Source: Vicugna vicugna
Lineage: Eukaryota
Length of the DNA: 64,000 nucleotides
Direction of reading: 5' to 3'
Assembly (NCBI GenBank): GCA_013265495.1
Contig: MU057724.1
Span: 1,813,102-1,877,101 of the forward strand
Part shown: positions 25,038 through 38,911 of the stretch, piece after piece
How positions within the stretch are numbered: position 1 is the first letter of the stretch
How the letters are laid out: every line of letters begins with the position of its first letter
Translations under genes and position numbers: made by a program
The notes under the pieces: generated by a model
The model's input: the letters and a program-made list of their open reading frames with translations, nothing else
The model's database searches: none
What the model was told of the DNA's origin: nothing

Positions 25038-25190
25038 CGCTTATGGATGGGAACAAGACAAGAGATTCTCTGAGATTCTACAATGGGGGCCTCCCAGCCT
25101 TGACAACCGACTCAATAGAGACAAAATATTAAAGGCAAGGTCCGCTGCTCTTATTTCTCCCGAAACTACTTTAAGAAAAGTTCCCTTAAC
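25038..25190 (-). other. ST18: Candidate ST18 5'UTR exon (153 nt)
   Basis: Acceptor atacctctactcacag|GTTAAGG; weak donor AAGCG|gtggga; non-repetitive sequence in the expected order. Confidence 0.45.
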
Positions 25191-25982
25191 CTGTGAGTAG
25201 AGGTATATTATGCATCATATTTGTACAGAAAGGAAGGAAAGTGGGGGTTTTTGGGTATCTACTTCATCATAAAGCCATGAAGGAAAATTTGAAAAACCTT
25301 TCTTCCGCAGTTCTCCAGGGAGAGGCGCGAACACAGGGAGAAATGGCGAGAGGAAAAGAAACATAAAATAAAGAAGAAAAGAAACAAAACTTGGAGGCCG
25401 GAGATGCAGGAACCCACCCTGGAGATGAGCAGACAACAGGCAATGCAGCGGAAACGACCACAAGGCACACTGGCACTCGCCGAACGTGGAAAGCTTCCGT
25501 TTGGCGTCTTCATGGACTTGCACACCTACACGTGGGTGTGCACAGTGACTCCCCAGTCATGTGGGCGTGCCCGCCTTTCCTCCAGGCGCTCACGTCCGGG
25601 CAATCAGCAGAGCTCGCTCCCGCGTGCTCGCCATGCACAGATCCGCCCCTTCTTTGGGGCTGAAGACGGATGCCTGGGATTGCGGACGCGGGGGCGGGAG
25701 AGATTTAAGGAGCAGGACACCAAATTTATCACCTCCGTTTGGCTTTCATTCACGGAGGCAAATTACTGGTGCGTGAGGAGATTTCGTTCCCTGAGATTTT
25801 ACTTTTCACTCAAAATCCTGTTTTAAGCTAATGGTTAAATTAAACCAACAAGTAAACAAACAAAACCAAATGACCTCCAAGGAAATAGTCATCACTTCTT
25901 AAGAACTGGGGAAAAAAGCAAATCTGCTGGTAACGTGTAAGTTTTATTTCTCCTTTCAGCCGAACTCTAAACACAGACGTAC

Positions 25983-26088
25983 CCAATATGTGTTTGTAAG
26001 TAGCCTTGAGTTTCTTAATATTAATCGAAAAAGCCATGGTGATCATGACGTCCTGAGGACACTTTCTCAAAATCCTCAGCCAGTTAAT
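25983..26088 (-). other. ST18: Candidate ST18 5'UTR exon (about 106 nt)
   Basis: Good donor ATTGG|gtacgt; weak acceptor gcattcag|ATTAAC, so the 5' boundary is uncertain. Confidence 0.4.
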
Positions 26089-29000
26089 CTGAATGCTGTC
26101 TAGTCACACACAGTTTCACGCCGGCGGCCACTTTGAATTTGAGAGGCCCGCCACGTGCATTCAACCGCAGCGAACCCACTTTTCACAAGATCTCACGTGT
26201 TGCTCTCCTGAGAGTTTTGCTTGTTGTGCCACAGGACTTGTGCGAGCCATCCTTTCACTCCCAGGATGCTCGCGGCCCTGGGGGGAGGAAGTCAGCTCTG
26301 CCTGCCGAGAGGAGGTCCCGGGGTCCTCCCCATGAGGAGCCCTCCAACCTCGTGGATGTCTTTATAAAAATCAAGGTTTTTGTTTTTGTTTTTTTAGTGA
26401 CAGTGAGAAACCCAGGAAGTTAGAAAAAGCTGAACCGAGAAAATGGAACAGCTGGAGGATGCCAGCACCTCGGGATGCAGCCCGGCCGGACCGAGAGCAA
26501 AGGGCCACACCCAGCGCCCTCTCTTCTCGTGGCTGCGGCGCCACTTTGCCGAAGCGCAGTTTCGGACCCGCCCACAGCGGCAGCAGAAGACCTCTCCCTG
26601 TTACCCGGGGGGGAAGGCGGGGGACGAGCTGCGGAGCCACGCGGCTCGCCGACTCGCCAGAAGACTGTGAAGACGAGCCATTCGAGCCCGTGTTCTCTGC
26701 GCTTAACTCTCTCTGCCACTTTCCTGGTCTTCCTTTCACACGTCTGCTCACTACACAGGGAGAGTAAGTCAGGACACAAACTGGCATCTCCGCAAACAAA
26801 GCCCGGGGTTTTCACATCGTCCTCGATGACGTGTGAATGCACTTGCCGAGCCCCTGCTTGTCCCTTATCCCAAGAGAAATGAAAGTCTCCGAACCCTCTG
26901 TGGAGGGCGCAGGCACGGATTCTGACTCTCTGCTCCTGTTCGAGGTGCTCTGGGTTCTGCACAGACAGCTGAGGGGTGGGACGACTGCACCCTTGACGCC
27001 TGGGCCCCCTCCCTCCCTCCCCAACCCCTCCCGCCCCGGGGAACACCGCGCCCAAGGGGAGAAGCAGGTCCAGTGTGACTTCAGGTCAGGCACTGCTGTC
27101 TGGAAAGGGCCACTCCTAAGGCCCAGGTGCATGCACACCCCCCCGGAGCAGGTGATCTTCAAAGGGGGCTTCTAGAGTCACGTGGAAATGCCTGGCGATG
27201 GAAGAAATCTCGGACCTCAACGAGCCTGGGTGGCCTTAGGAGGACGAAACACGGGTGTGTTTCGATGTTCCTCATCGCTGGGTTGGCCCTGCTCCCAAAG
27301 CCTCACCCTCTAACTTTGCACAACTGGCAATGTGACCATGAACCAAAGCCATATGTCTGTGTCCTTTTGCCAAACGACTCCAGCAGATAGTCAGTTATTC
27401 CCTGAGGAAGACAGCGCGTGCCAGGGATTTCCATTAGCCACCGCCGCGCCACGGCCTCTGAGTCACAGCTCTGTAACCTAAGGGGGCAATCGCCAGCTTC
27501 ACGTTTTAGAAGACTTTAAAACCCTTTTTAATACGCCCTGTTTAAGGACAACTCAGTGTAAGTGACACCCTAAAAGGGCCTTTACAATTTTCTTTCTTGC
27601 TGTTATTTTGAGGTATACGTGTTGCAAAACACATAAATGTTAGAAAAGAGCTCCTTCGTGCAGGGATAGGCTATTTTAGATGGATTTTTCCCAAGGACAG
27701 CCCAACGCATCGCAACTCTGTTTGTAGGCGTTAACTCTGGACGTCATCTACGGTGCTTTTAAAAACATGCTTAGAAAACAACCTCACTCATTCGCTCTTC
27801 ATCCTTAAGTTAACTAATTTCTAATACAAATGAACTCAAATCGGATGTTTAAAACTATTTTAAATGCTAAACCTTTCTTTGAGGGCAAACGTGTGAACAA
27901 ATGGTACACGCACAATCAGCATGTGAAAGGCTCTGTGGGCCCAGAGGACTTCGCCTGCTGAATATTTTAAAATATCAAAGTGATGGTGCTTCCAGCGAAA
28001 GTCACCACTCTACACTGAGCATCGACAGTACATTTCTTTCAAAGCGAATCCACAGAAAGCCAGCACTGTTGTAGAGGAGAACTTGTACACGGACGCTGCG
28101 GCCGATGTCTTTTCTTTCAATATATTCTACTTTTTAATGAAAACGCTGCCTTACCTCCCGCTCTTTCTCCAGGTGACTTGTGCAGTGAGGCTTTCCCTCC
28201 TCCGCCAGAATGACGAAATGCCTTTGCTCGCTTTAGTGAGGAATCCTGCAATTCATTCTATGAAGATAAAAAATAAGAGAACGAGAGCATGTAAGAAAGG
28301 ACAAATACGTGGAAGGTCAGTGACAAGCGCAGATGTGAGCTTAAACAGTTACCCGTGACCCGGTGGGCTGCAGTGTGAGCCGAGTGGACATTTTATACTG
28401 ACGTATTAATGGCAGAAAGATGTTTACATCTTTTAAGGTGAGCCAAATTAATTTTTATCTGTATTACCAAACTATATATATATCATGCCTTCAGTTGACC
28501 AGGAAAATTGGATAATAGGGACTCTCAGTGGTCATGATTGTCATTTTTGCTTTAACCACCAGAAGAAAAAGTTCAGACGAGGTTTGGCATGAGCTGCACT
28601 CAAGGAGTCACAGAAGACAGCGTCCAAAGGCGTCCTTATTTCGGGTGACTGAGGGCGTCATTATCTCCTGCATGAGGCTGTCCTGAAACGCTACCAGCGT
28701 TCTTTGCCAATATTTTAACCTGCTTCCCGTGGAAACCACGTGCACGTCACCTCCTCGCTTTCAGACACAATACACAGGCCTGCACCACCTCTATTTGGTC
28801 CCAGGCGTGGGACGGAGTCTGTCCTCCGGCCATTTGGCCCTGGAGGGAAAACTCTGAAATTCAGTGCGACACACTCAGTCTCAGACAGACGGTCAGACAA
28901 GCACTGTGCATATACCGTCGCTGTCAACACACCCGCAGAGCGCTCTGGCCAGCAGTTCCGGTGCTGTAGGACACGCGGCGCCAACCTTCCTGGCAGGAGA

Positions 29001-30660
29001 GTTCTCGTGTCCGTCTTTCACCCTTTGCAGTAGATTGGGGTGCTCAGATTTCTCAGCATGGATTTCTGGGTTCCTTGAAATCCCTGACCAGACATTAAGC
29101 AGATGCTTCTCCAACCGAAGTCAGCCACTGGAGTTCCTGGGGAAAGAAAATGGGGGTAACACTCTCAAGGAGAAAGAGCAGATTACCGCCCGTGAGGTCA
29201 GGGCTGGAGTGTGGTGCAGGACTCAGGGGTTCTGAGTCTGCCTTTGACGGCAGCGAGAAAGAAAAAAGCTTTCTCTGCAAATGCGTTTGGCTTACCCTCC
29301 TTCCCCCTCGGTCCACCTGCCTGTCCCCTTTGTCTGCCACACTCTAACCTAAAACAAAAGATCCCGGAAAACACTGGTGGGCAGAGCTCTTTCTAAATCC
29401 TGAAAGTAATGGCTTTTTGTCTACACCCAATCGTGTTGTGTGTTTATTAGCAATACATTTTCCATTTATTTTCTCAAAGATTGCCAATAAAGACCCGAGT
29501 CGCATAAGGGAGTAGCTGTAAACCCTCTGAGTTCCCTAATGTCAAACTCATTAGCATCCGAATAAGCACACAGCGGCACATCATCTGCACAATTGCAATT
29601 TTTTACTACTTTTAATAGCGTTTCTCAAAGGGCTCATTTTCAACTTTCTTCAGTGGTTAGTTGGTTCTCAGGGGAGAAGTAGCTTCCCGACGCGGCGGCT
29701 TCACTCAACAGCCCCGCCGTTTGCTGTCAGGCATCAGCCCTCTGCCCTGTCCCATCTGCTGTCTCCCCCTCCCCGGGGACCAGGCTGAGGCAGTGCAGCC
29801 GAGAGCCACAGAGGGCACCGACGAAATACAACTTCAGAAATCTGATTTGACACCAAAGGGCTGGGCAGCCCAAGCCCACCAAAACACAAACGGGGGCGGG
29901 GAGGGACCCCCAGACGCTCCGCACCCCCGTGTCCATCACGCCTAACTTCCCCGCCCGCTCCTGGGAAGCAGGCTCTCGGCTGATGCCAAGAGGAAGCTTC
30001 CACTGAAGTCAGCTCTGTCTCTGCTCTGTGTGTGTCCCTTTCATGGTATCAAAGAGACACCTTCTCAAACCCATTTCTTGTTAATTGCCATGCTCCACTC
30101 TCTTTGCTGATCCTAAACCGTGTTCTGAGACTTAAGGACTTACTAAAATATTCATAGGAAATACACCTTCTGGAAGACAGTTAACCTAAGACTTGGAGTC
30201 TTGACCAAACTCCATCCCCTGCCCACCAGGATGAACGCTCTTCCATCGAAGCTCATGTTTTCATGTGACAGCAACCTTCAAAGGTGAAGCTATACGACAG
30301 CCAAGTGTCGGAAACCTGACGGGCCACGCGGTCCTTACGCCTGTGCACGAAGCCAGGCCCGGTCTTACTTGTTAAACAGGGTTATCACGGAGCGCCCTGT
30401 CTGTTCCGCCGCGCACCCAGAATGAAGGCCAAGTCACCTACTCGGGGAGCACCTGCTTCTGAAAAAGAGGGTTCTTCAAACCTATGAAAAAATGTAATGA
30501 ACCTGCCATGTGATTTAAAAGAGGGGATATAAGATTATATTTTACTGGGGGGGGGTCCTAAAGTGACAACATGCACCTGTCAATTGTGTCCCTAGAGCAG
30601 AGAACTCTAGAGTTACTTGCGGTTCAAAACAAAAAACTCTCAAAAACATTTCTTCAAACT

Positions 30661-30790
30661 GGGGAGGGTACAGCTCAGTGGTAGAGAGCATGCCTAGCAT
30701 GCACGAGGTCCTGGGTTCAATCCCCAGTCCTTCCACTAAAAATAAATAAATAAATCTAATCTCCCTCCCCAACAAATTTTTTAAAAAAAT
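30661..30790 (+). mobile_element. Vic-1-type SINE, full length
   Basis: ggggagggtacagctcagtggtagagagcatgcctagcatgcacgaggtcctgggttcaatccccag plus (AAAT)n tail. Confidence 0.93.
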
Positions 30791-31020
30791 ACTGAAGGGG
30801 AAAGGGTGGGGATTAACAGACACATGTTTCTATATCTAAAATAAACAAGGATCTACTGTATAGGACAGGGAGCTGCATTCAATTTCAGTGATAACATATA
30901 ATGGAAAGGAATCTGAAAAGGAAAGAATGTATACGTAGGTACATGTATGACTGAGTCACTTTGCTGTACACCTGAAATGAACATTGTAAATCAACTACAC
31001 CTCAATAAAAATTTTTAAAA
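30791..31020 (+). mobile_element. L1 3'UTR fragment directly following the SINE tail
   Basis: gggattaacagacac...ctactgtataggacaggg...cactttgctgtacacctgaaa...tgtaaatcaactacacctcaataaaa. Confidence 0.88.
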
Positions 31021-32614
31021 AATTCTCCAAACTAAACTCAAAGTGAAAAATTTGCTGAAAGAGCAAGTAAATTGAACATGAAGTGTCGGAGCGCCTGCCG
31101 CCCTGCGGGGGCACTGCTGGTTTTGGACTCTGCTTCCCGATGGGCCCCGTCAGGGCGCGAACGCGGGGCGGGCTCCTCTCAGAAGTCTGGACGTTAACGC
31201 AAGCTCCGAACCCCGCTCCTGCGTTTAGTTTCCCGCCAAGGACAGCGAAAGCGGAAGAGGGGCACGCATCGACCCCGCCCTGTGGCCCTGGGCCTGGTCT
31301 CCACTTAACCTCTCAGCCCCTCTCCTGACCGCAGCGTCTCCTCCAGTCGCTCCTTGGTTGGAACTATGATGAAGGGAGGTTTTCTTGCTCTTTTTGTTTT
31401 GTTTTGTTTTGTTTTAATGGGAAGGCAAGTCCTTTACAGTTCCAAGTTTCCAGATTTACTTTTACATTAATCAGCATAATTTAAGTGGGAGCAAAATTTC
31501 GTGTAAACCTTAATGATACCTTTGCCCGGACAGTTGAATTGTTTGGTTTTCCATTTGCCATGTTGCTCCATTAAATTTCCAATGAAAATTGAAACCCCTT
31601 ATTTTGACATTTCTAGTCAATGAGCTACAGAACAGGCTTTCCCATCAGAGCAAGAGATTCTATATTTAGAAACCGATGTATAAAAATTACGTTAGCCAAC
31701 TGCCACTTTGTATTTAGGCCATCGAAGATGACTTTCTTGTTCTCAGCTTTCCGCGTTGATATTCCGGGATACGCGTTATTGGCTGGAACAAATGAAGAGA
31801 AGTCGTGACTTTCTTTTGAGTTGTTTTGGGTGAAGAAAAATACTGTTTATTGGCCACAAGCCGTACTTTTACCATCAGCCCATAATTAGGCTCCTGATCA
31901 CGGGGGATCAGAAAAAGGGGCTGCACCCAAACTGGAAGTATTCTGACGGGGAAAAAAACATCCCCCGCTGCAAAGTGGGGCAGCCATATTGCTTACTGGG
32001 GGGGGGGGTTGGATTGTAAATCGTTGCATATTCAGCAGGACTAATTCTTTGATATTAGCAACCACGTTGCTTTTCATGATCCATTTTGAATATTTCGTGC
32101 TTCCTGAGCAATCACTGAAAGTCGAATCTGAACAGAATGTCCTGCTATGCAGCAGAGTTTGTCATTTCCAAAGAAGAATAAAAATCAAACTTGTCAACGT
32201 ACAAAACCTCCATCGCTGAGTCTAACTGACTCTTACTGGTTTGCCTGGCTTTCTGAAATCTCTGCCCTGTAGAGCCTTTCAAGGAACTCAGTGCAGGACG
32301 TGCTGTGGCAAGTCAGATCTTCTCTAGGAAACGCAGCTTTTTGCTTTGCAAATTGCGGCAGTCCTACAGAGCATCCAAGCAACTTCTGGTTTCTGCTGTG
32401 ATTGATACAAAGTAACTGTGCTCGTGCTGGCAGGCGTTCGTATTGTGTTAGCATTTGTGTGTGTCCCTCTGTCACCTGTGAAAGTAAAACCCAGGCCTCT
32501 TCTCGTGGAACTCTGAAGCCATGCCAGTGACTTGTGCAAGGCCCGTACCTCTCCTGCAAGAGGACTTAGCTTCCACCCGACTTAAGGAACAAGACAGCCC
32601 TCAAGGATACTTAC

Positions 32615-32675
32615 AGCCTTGCTGCAATTAACATAACTGCATTCAGATACCACTTGTGACGGGTCATTCCAGCAC
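32615..32675 (-). other. ST18: Candidate ST18 5'UTR exon (61 nt)
   Basis: Acceptor aactttccccccacaag|GTGCTGG; donor AAGGCT|gtaagt. Confidence 0.5.
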
Positions 32676-35600
32676 CTTGTGGGGGGAAAGTTGTGTGCTG
32701 TAGACATCATAAACATACTCAAATAAGCTTCACAGAACCGCCGTGCTTGCTTCTGCCTGGACCACGGACCAGCGAAATGGTTGATGCAAATGGATTTATA
32801 ATTTGCTCGGGGGCCAGTTTCTTCTCCTTATTTATTAGCCCAGCTGATGGGGCAGATTTGATGAGGCACTTCTGGAATAATTGAGTCATCACACAAAGAA
32901 GGCTGCTAGCATTCAGAGTGGTTTTATCAGCAGCAAGCAGGCCTGATTACTGACAATTACACTCTGATCCGGTGATGGAGGAGAAAGAGCCAGCGAGTGG
33001 GAAATGTCCGTGTTTCTATCCAGGAATAATTTCTACATTCATTTCACATGCTAAGTGTTTCCTATCTCTGCATAATAAACTGTAAACAGGAATCGATGGC
33101 ACAATGTCCCTTAATATTTCCTGGTAATGAAGACACAAGTGTACAGTGAGCGCTGATAAATACAGATGAACCAGAAGCTGCTCTCCGAGTCTGTATTGCT
33201 ACCTTTAAGACAGATGCGTTTTTCTGGTAAAGGCGTAATCATGGCTAATGCAAAAAAAAGGACAGGAGATTGAAACTGCCCTTGTCACTACACAGAAACT
33301 TCGTAAAAGTCCTGTTAATCACGGCTGCTTGGGGGACTCACGGGCTGAAGGTGAGCTGGCAGGAAGCACGTCATCTGACTTCTCGACGGTCAACTGGGAG
33401 GAGCTCCTTGGGTCGGACACAGCCAAGGACGCGGGAGGGCAGTGACCTCCTTGGCCACCCGGGGCGGGCTCGGCACGAACCTGGGAGAACGCAAAGCTGG
33501 CGCAAGGGCGGCTTCACCATCGTGGGCCTCCGTCCCCAACCCCCCCGCCCAGTCAGGTCTCCCGACAGGACGCTGGTCGGGAATGACCAGTCAGACCCGA
33601 GAGGGCAGCATCTCAAGGCGTGGCTGCCTCCAGCCTGGCCTTAACCACTTGTGTACGACATGGTTTCTTAACAAAACACTAGGAGCAGAAATGCGTCTCA
33701 CAGAGGCAACCTTATCGAGCCAGCTTTCCCTCCGACCCAACACCTAAGCTGGAACGCCCAGGTAAAGGGCGTGTGCAGGCTTCTGCGCGCACTGCTGTTG
33801 ATTTTAGTGGGAAAGCTTTAATTCCCTGTAATATCAAGAGCTTCCTCTTTTGAAAAAGCCAATCGGGGGCAGAAGCCCCGTATAATGAACCTGCTTGGGT
33901 CTGCTTGCTTCATCTTTTTTCTAAAGCCCCTTCCTGGCTTCCAAAGAAATAAAAGTTATCCTCTGTTCTCTCGTGGTAACTATGGAAACTCTGTTTTATT
34001 AAACTAACCACTTATCTTCAAGGCTTGTGCTGCAACTAAAGGTGCTATTTTGCGTAAATCTATACTAAACCTTACAATGTCAAAACATGTTTAATAAAGT
34101 TCAAAGAGCACTTGATTTAAAAATGAGGCTTTTTATTATGTGAAGGGAATTTTCTCTGTTTAAGCTCTTTATTATACAGATTGTGACACAATATGGTTGC
34201 TATCCTGAGACATTTTCTGTTTTCCTTTCCCATTTTAAAGAGGATTTTTTTAGAATCATTGTCAACAAGTGTGCTGTTTTTCCCAACAGGAACTGTTTGG
34301 TTTTCATGAAAACCTTTACCATATTCTGTAAAATTGAATTAAGGTAAAAGAATAAAGTTGTTTATCCTTATGTCCGACTAGGAAATACGGAATGGGAGAA
34401 GCTAACGGAACTTACAGACAAAATGACAAGACGCAACCACTGAGGCCAAAGGACGCTGGGTCTTCGCAGGATGAGTTTGTTCTCACGATGGTGTTTCACG
34501 TGAATTCTTTCAATACGAGTCCCTTTCTCCTAGAGACTTTACTTACTACTGGCTCCATACACATTCATTGCGCACTGGTCCGTGGAACTCCCTGCTAGAC
34601 TGTGGGCATTAAAAGACCCACCGAGCTCTGGTCCTCACGGGCACAGTGCAGCAAACTGAGGATCCCAGTGTGATGTGGAAAGGAGGAGGCAGGGGGACCC
34701 GTGGCTCCGCAGGCTGAGACGAGCCTGGAAAATGACGGATCCTGAGGAATTCGTCCCGAGAGGCCCAGGATCCTTGGATAAGGTAAATAAATAAATGCCC
34801 CCAGGACCAGAGAGAAAAACACAGTCAAAACTCTACTTGGCTTGGTTAAACAACGCATTAAAGCCATATTTTGGTATAGCCACACAAGGGTCAAAGAAGA
34901 CTAGTTGAGTCAAACTCGCTAGCTAAAGTGAAATGTTTAGAATGTGTTGATCTTTCTTGTGACTTTCAAAGGAATGTCTCCCTTTGGCATCAGAACTGCA
35001 AAGTCTGCTGAAACGCGATCTGTCGCCCGTGCACCTCACAGAATCCTGTATCCCGACCCCTCCTCCATCCTGCCTGACGTCACGCTCACGCCCACCCACT
35101 CATCTCCCCTGCTCCGGGATAAGTGCACGGAAGCCTGGGCCGTCCCTGCAAGCTAATGTCGGGGCCGGAGTGGGAGCTCAGGACGTTACTGCTGAATTGA
35201 ATTAAAATAAGCCCAAAATAGCCCTCCTAGGATGCCTGCGGTATTGTCTCATTAAACATATTCAATACAAGACATCCCAGCACAGCATCAGGAAACTCGA
35301 GATTTTGTCTGTCTGATCGCTTTGCCAGTTAAGGAGAAGTTACAATTTTGTCTTCCCTTATGTTAAAAACGTCAGCCCCCAACATCCAAAGAAGAACAAG
35401 CAGAGAGTCTAACAGATTTTACGGTCAGATTCTTCCCCCATGCCTACTTTTATCTAATTCATATGAAAAATTATAGTGTGTGATTCAGGTCTGTCCTTTT
35501 GTGGGGATCAGGGTCGAAGGTAAAGTAGAAACAGAGATAGTCTTATTTTTCCAAATTTGGCAAGAAAACAGTTTAGGAAGACCTCGAACTCATTTAAGTG

Positions 35601-36386
35601 ATGTCCAGTTTCCAGTTTCTAGATCTCACTTTTCTTACTCTAGATTTGACAGTATCAATCACTTACATTTTAGTTTAAATGACGTGTCTGCATACTGCAC
35701 ACTGATGACTTTTGTATTGGAGATAAAAATGGAACCATGAGGAATGACACAAGTAGTCCAATGTTTTTCGTTGAGACGGTAAAAGTCATTTTCTAAGTAA
35801 GCGTAGCTCACCTTTACTGAACTCTTCTCTTGTGACAGACGCCCTGGGGAGTGCCCTCACACACCCTTTCCTCAGCCATCGCCACGTGCCTCTGGGGGGA
35901 CGTTACCCATCTCACAGCGAAGACAGGGAGCAAGGTCAGCGTGCCCGGGGTACCTAGCCACTGACCCCAGTTCTGGGTGACAGCCCTCTGGTTCTGAGCA
36001 CCAGGCTCCACCCACCTGCAATGGTCAGGGCAGTTTTCTTTCTGCAAAAAGGACCTCACCGTGGACATCCCAAGCTCAGGGAAACCCAGACTTACTAACC
36101 TCTCCAACACAGCGTGTGCTCATTGGTACCGCAAATGACACAAGCACCAGGCTGACACAGCTGTCACGTGGACATTTGTCTTTGGTGTGGGAAGGGAGAA
36201 GGTGGAACTGTCAGAGCTGGTGATCACGGTCATCAGCATCAACGTACTCCAACTCCGGAAATCTATGTATCAGTCTGGGCCTCTCACGAAATCTTTGTTT
36301 GTGGCGTCACTCAAACACAGGGAGTTCTGCAGAGGATTTATACTGTCAGCTGTCAATACGTCCCGTCTGGCAGCTGGCTTACTTGC

Positions 36387-36919
36387 TGTATTCGCTTCCT
36401 ATTGCTGCTGTAACGAAATGCCACACGCTTCCGTGGCTTAAAACAACACGCATATGTCATCGCGCAGCCCCGGAGGTATGACGTCGGGGCCGTCCCAGCA
36501 GGCTGAAGCCAAGCCCAGCCGGGCCTCTTTCCGGAGGCTGCAGAGGGGAATTTGTTCGGGCTGCTGACAGACTCCAGGTCCTCACCGTCGCAGGACTGAG
36601 GTCCCCATCCTCATGGTGGCTGTGGGTGGAAGCTGTTCTCTGCATGGAGGGGCTGCTGCATTCCGTGGCCCAGGCCTCCTTCCTTCCCCTTCAAAGCCAG
36701 CGGTGGAGACGAGTGCTCCTCCACGGACGTCCCCCCGCGCATTCTCCTGCCTGTCTCTTCCGGCCCACGGGAACGACTGGTAGAGCCTACTTGGCTCATC
36801 CAGGTTAACCTCCCATCACCAGACTCTTAATTCAGTCACACTCCTTTCACATATAAGGTAACGCAGGCTTCAGGAATTAGGACTCAGCTTGCGGGCTGGC
36901 GATTTACGCTGTCTACCAC
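36387..36919 (-). mobile_element. MLT1-type (ERVL-MaLR) solo LTR, MLT1D-like
   Basis: Begins tgtattcgcttcctattgctgctgtaac...gtggcttaaaacaacac and ends tgtctaccac; about 530 bp. Confidence 0.8.
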
Positions 36920-38256
36920 TTTCTTTAGTTACGTGTGTGAATCCTGTGCTAGAGTAGTAATGTGCTTCCTCTGAGAGTGAAGCCATAGATCAGGATGAAC
37001 AGGTGCACACACTTCTCAGAAGAACAGGCCGTTTTAGCTCACATTACCACGATGATGCGACATGAACAAAATCAGGCCTCTTTAGTTGTTCCCTAAAACC
37101 AAGTTCCTTACATGCTCAAGTTTCTGAAGGCCGTTGGAAAGTTAGGGCCCCTTCTCTCTAGGGAGGAAAGTTTATTTCGAAAGAATCGTCACTCACCTTC
37201 CCTAACGTCCACTGGATTTGAACTGGAGAATTTCCATTGCTACTGACAAGGAACGTCATTGGAGGGAAAAATGGGGAGAAAAAGAGAAACTTAATTAAAT
37301 GGTAATTATCTACAGCTTATTAACCATATAAAACAATCTTCTCAAGTCATCTGCAGACAGACAGAGTACGGGCTGGGCGCTATCCGTCTTCAATAGCCAA
37401 ACAAGATTCATTTGAAAGAACTCCCCCTCAACGAGAAAAACAGGTGTCTGCTCGGCAGAAAACGCTGTTTAGATGTGGCCCCTTTGTACACAAGTGCGTC
37501 TGGGAACCTTTTCTGGGGACACACCTGAGAGTGAACGTGAATTGTCAATGACAGTCTTTTTGAAAAAAAAAAAAAAAAAAGAATCAGTGGTTGAACACTA
37601 ATTTCTAATCAGATCCTACAGAAAGGCACAGCCCGCACGGCAGCTGCGCTTTTCCCAGGGTTAATTACCTTTCACTGCTCTCCGCTAACGAGTCAGCTGT
37701 TCCTGCCGGCGCGCTGCGCTGGTTCATCTGGGCCCTCGCTGTGGACAAACAGCGAGTGACAGTCCTATTTACATACGGGGGTGTTTGTTGTGCAAAGGCT
37801 TCAAAAGGATTTTTTTTTCAAAATCCCTTCATTTTCATGTGTTTCCACCCTAAAAAATACTCTTACAAATCAGATTTCACTTGGTCAATCATTCTTTTCT
37901 TGTCAGGTCACCGGATTCAGCACCGGAAGATGTAAAACGCCAAGTCCTTGAAAGAGACAAACTTGACGGCCTCGGCGGAAAGCTTTGTCTGGCTGACCCG
38001 TCAGCAGCGTGACGGCGACTCCATCGGGCTAGGAGGAGGCTCCAGAGTTTGCAACCTCCTCTCCCGGTAAAAAGTTTTTCTAAAAAATTGCCTTCCAGAA
38101 AATTAAATTCAAGGACAGAAAACAGTCTAAGCTAGTGAGACATAAAATGTATCTTAGATTTATTTGTACATGAAAAGTGAATCAAAAAGTTGAGTTTTCG
38201 AAAAAAATTAGTCTTGAAAACTATGTTTTCGCCTAAAATGTCTAGGTCATCATGGG

Positions 38257-38911
38257 ACATGTAGATATAAGTGTCTGTATGTATATATGCTTACATGTAT
38301 GTATGTGTATATCTAGTGTGTATTTGTATCTGTGTGTATGTGTGTATATACATGTGTATGTGTGTGATATGTATGTATGCATATATGTATATGTGTATGT
38401 GTATATGTGTGTGTGCATATATGTGTGTATATTTGTATATGCATGTGTATGTGTGTGATGTGTATATGTGTGTACACATGTGTGTGCAGTATATACACAT
38501 GTATGTATATGTGTGTATGTGTAAACATACATGTGTATGCACGAGTGATATGTATATACATATGTGCATATACATCTGTATGTGTTCATATACATGTGTA
38601 TTGTGACACACATATATACATATATGTATATATGTATGTTTACATGTGTGTATATGTAAATGCATGTGTATGTGTGGTGTGTGTATATGCATATATGTGT
38701 ATATACATGTGTATACGTATATACACGTGTGTATATACATACATGTATATGTGTATGTGTATATAAGTGTGTGTGTATGTATGTAGTGTGCATCTATATA
38801 CATGTGTGTATGTGTGGTGTGTATATACATATATGTGTACATGCGTGTGTGTATACGTGTCTGTGTATGTGCATATATGGCTATACATACATGTATGCAT
38901 ACACACATGTG
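38257..38911. repeat. About 650-bp degenerate (TG)/(TA)/(CA) alternating purine-pyrimidine tract
   Basis: Seen directly; source of the spurious His/Thr/Tyr- and Cys/Val-rich ORFs. Confidence 0.95.

Noticed and set aside
26371..27175. Stacked ORFs of 100-211 aa on both strands
   Set aside because: High GC makes stops rare; no recognisable domain or supporting exon structure.
30661..30736. tRNA-Ala-like genes (also 5155, 16012, 22442, 44735)
   Set aside because: A-rich tails, target-site duplications and degenerate stems show these are tRNA-derived SINEs, not tRNA genes.
37735..37756. Perfect 8-bp hairpin CTCGCTGT-N6-ACAGCGAG (similar 8-bp stem GCGCCCAG/CTGGGCGC near 58920)
   Set aside because: Several such stems are expected by chance in 64 kb, and they are too short for a pre-miRNA.
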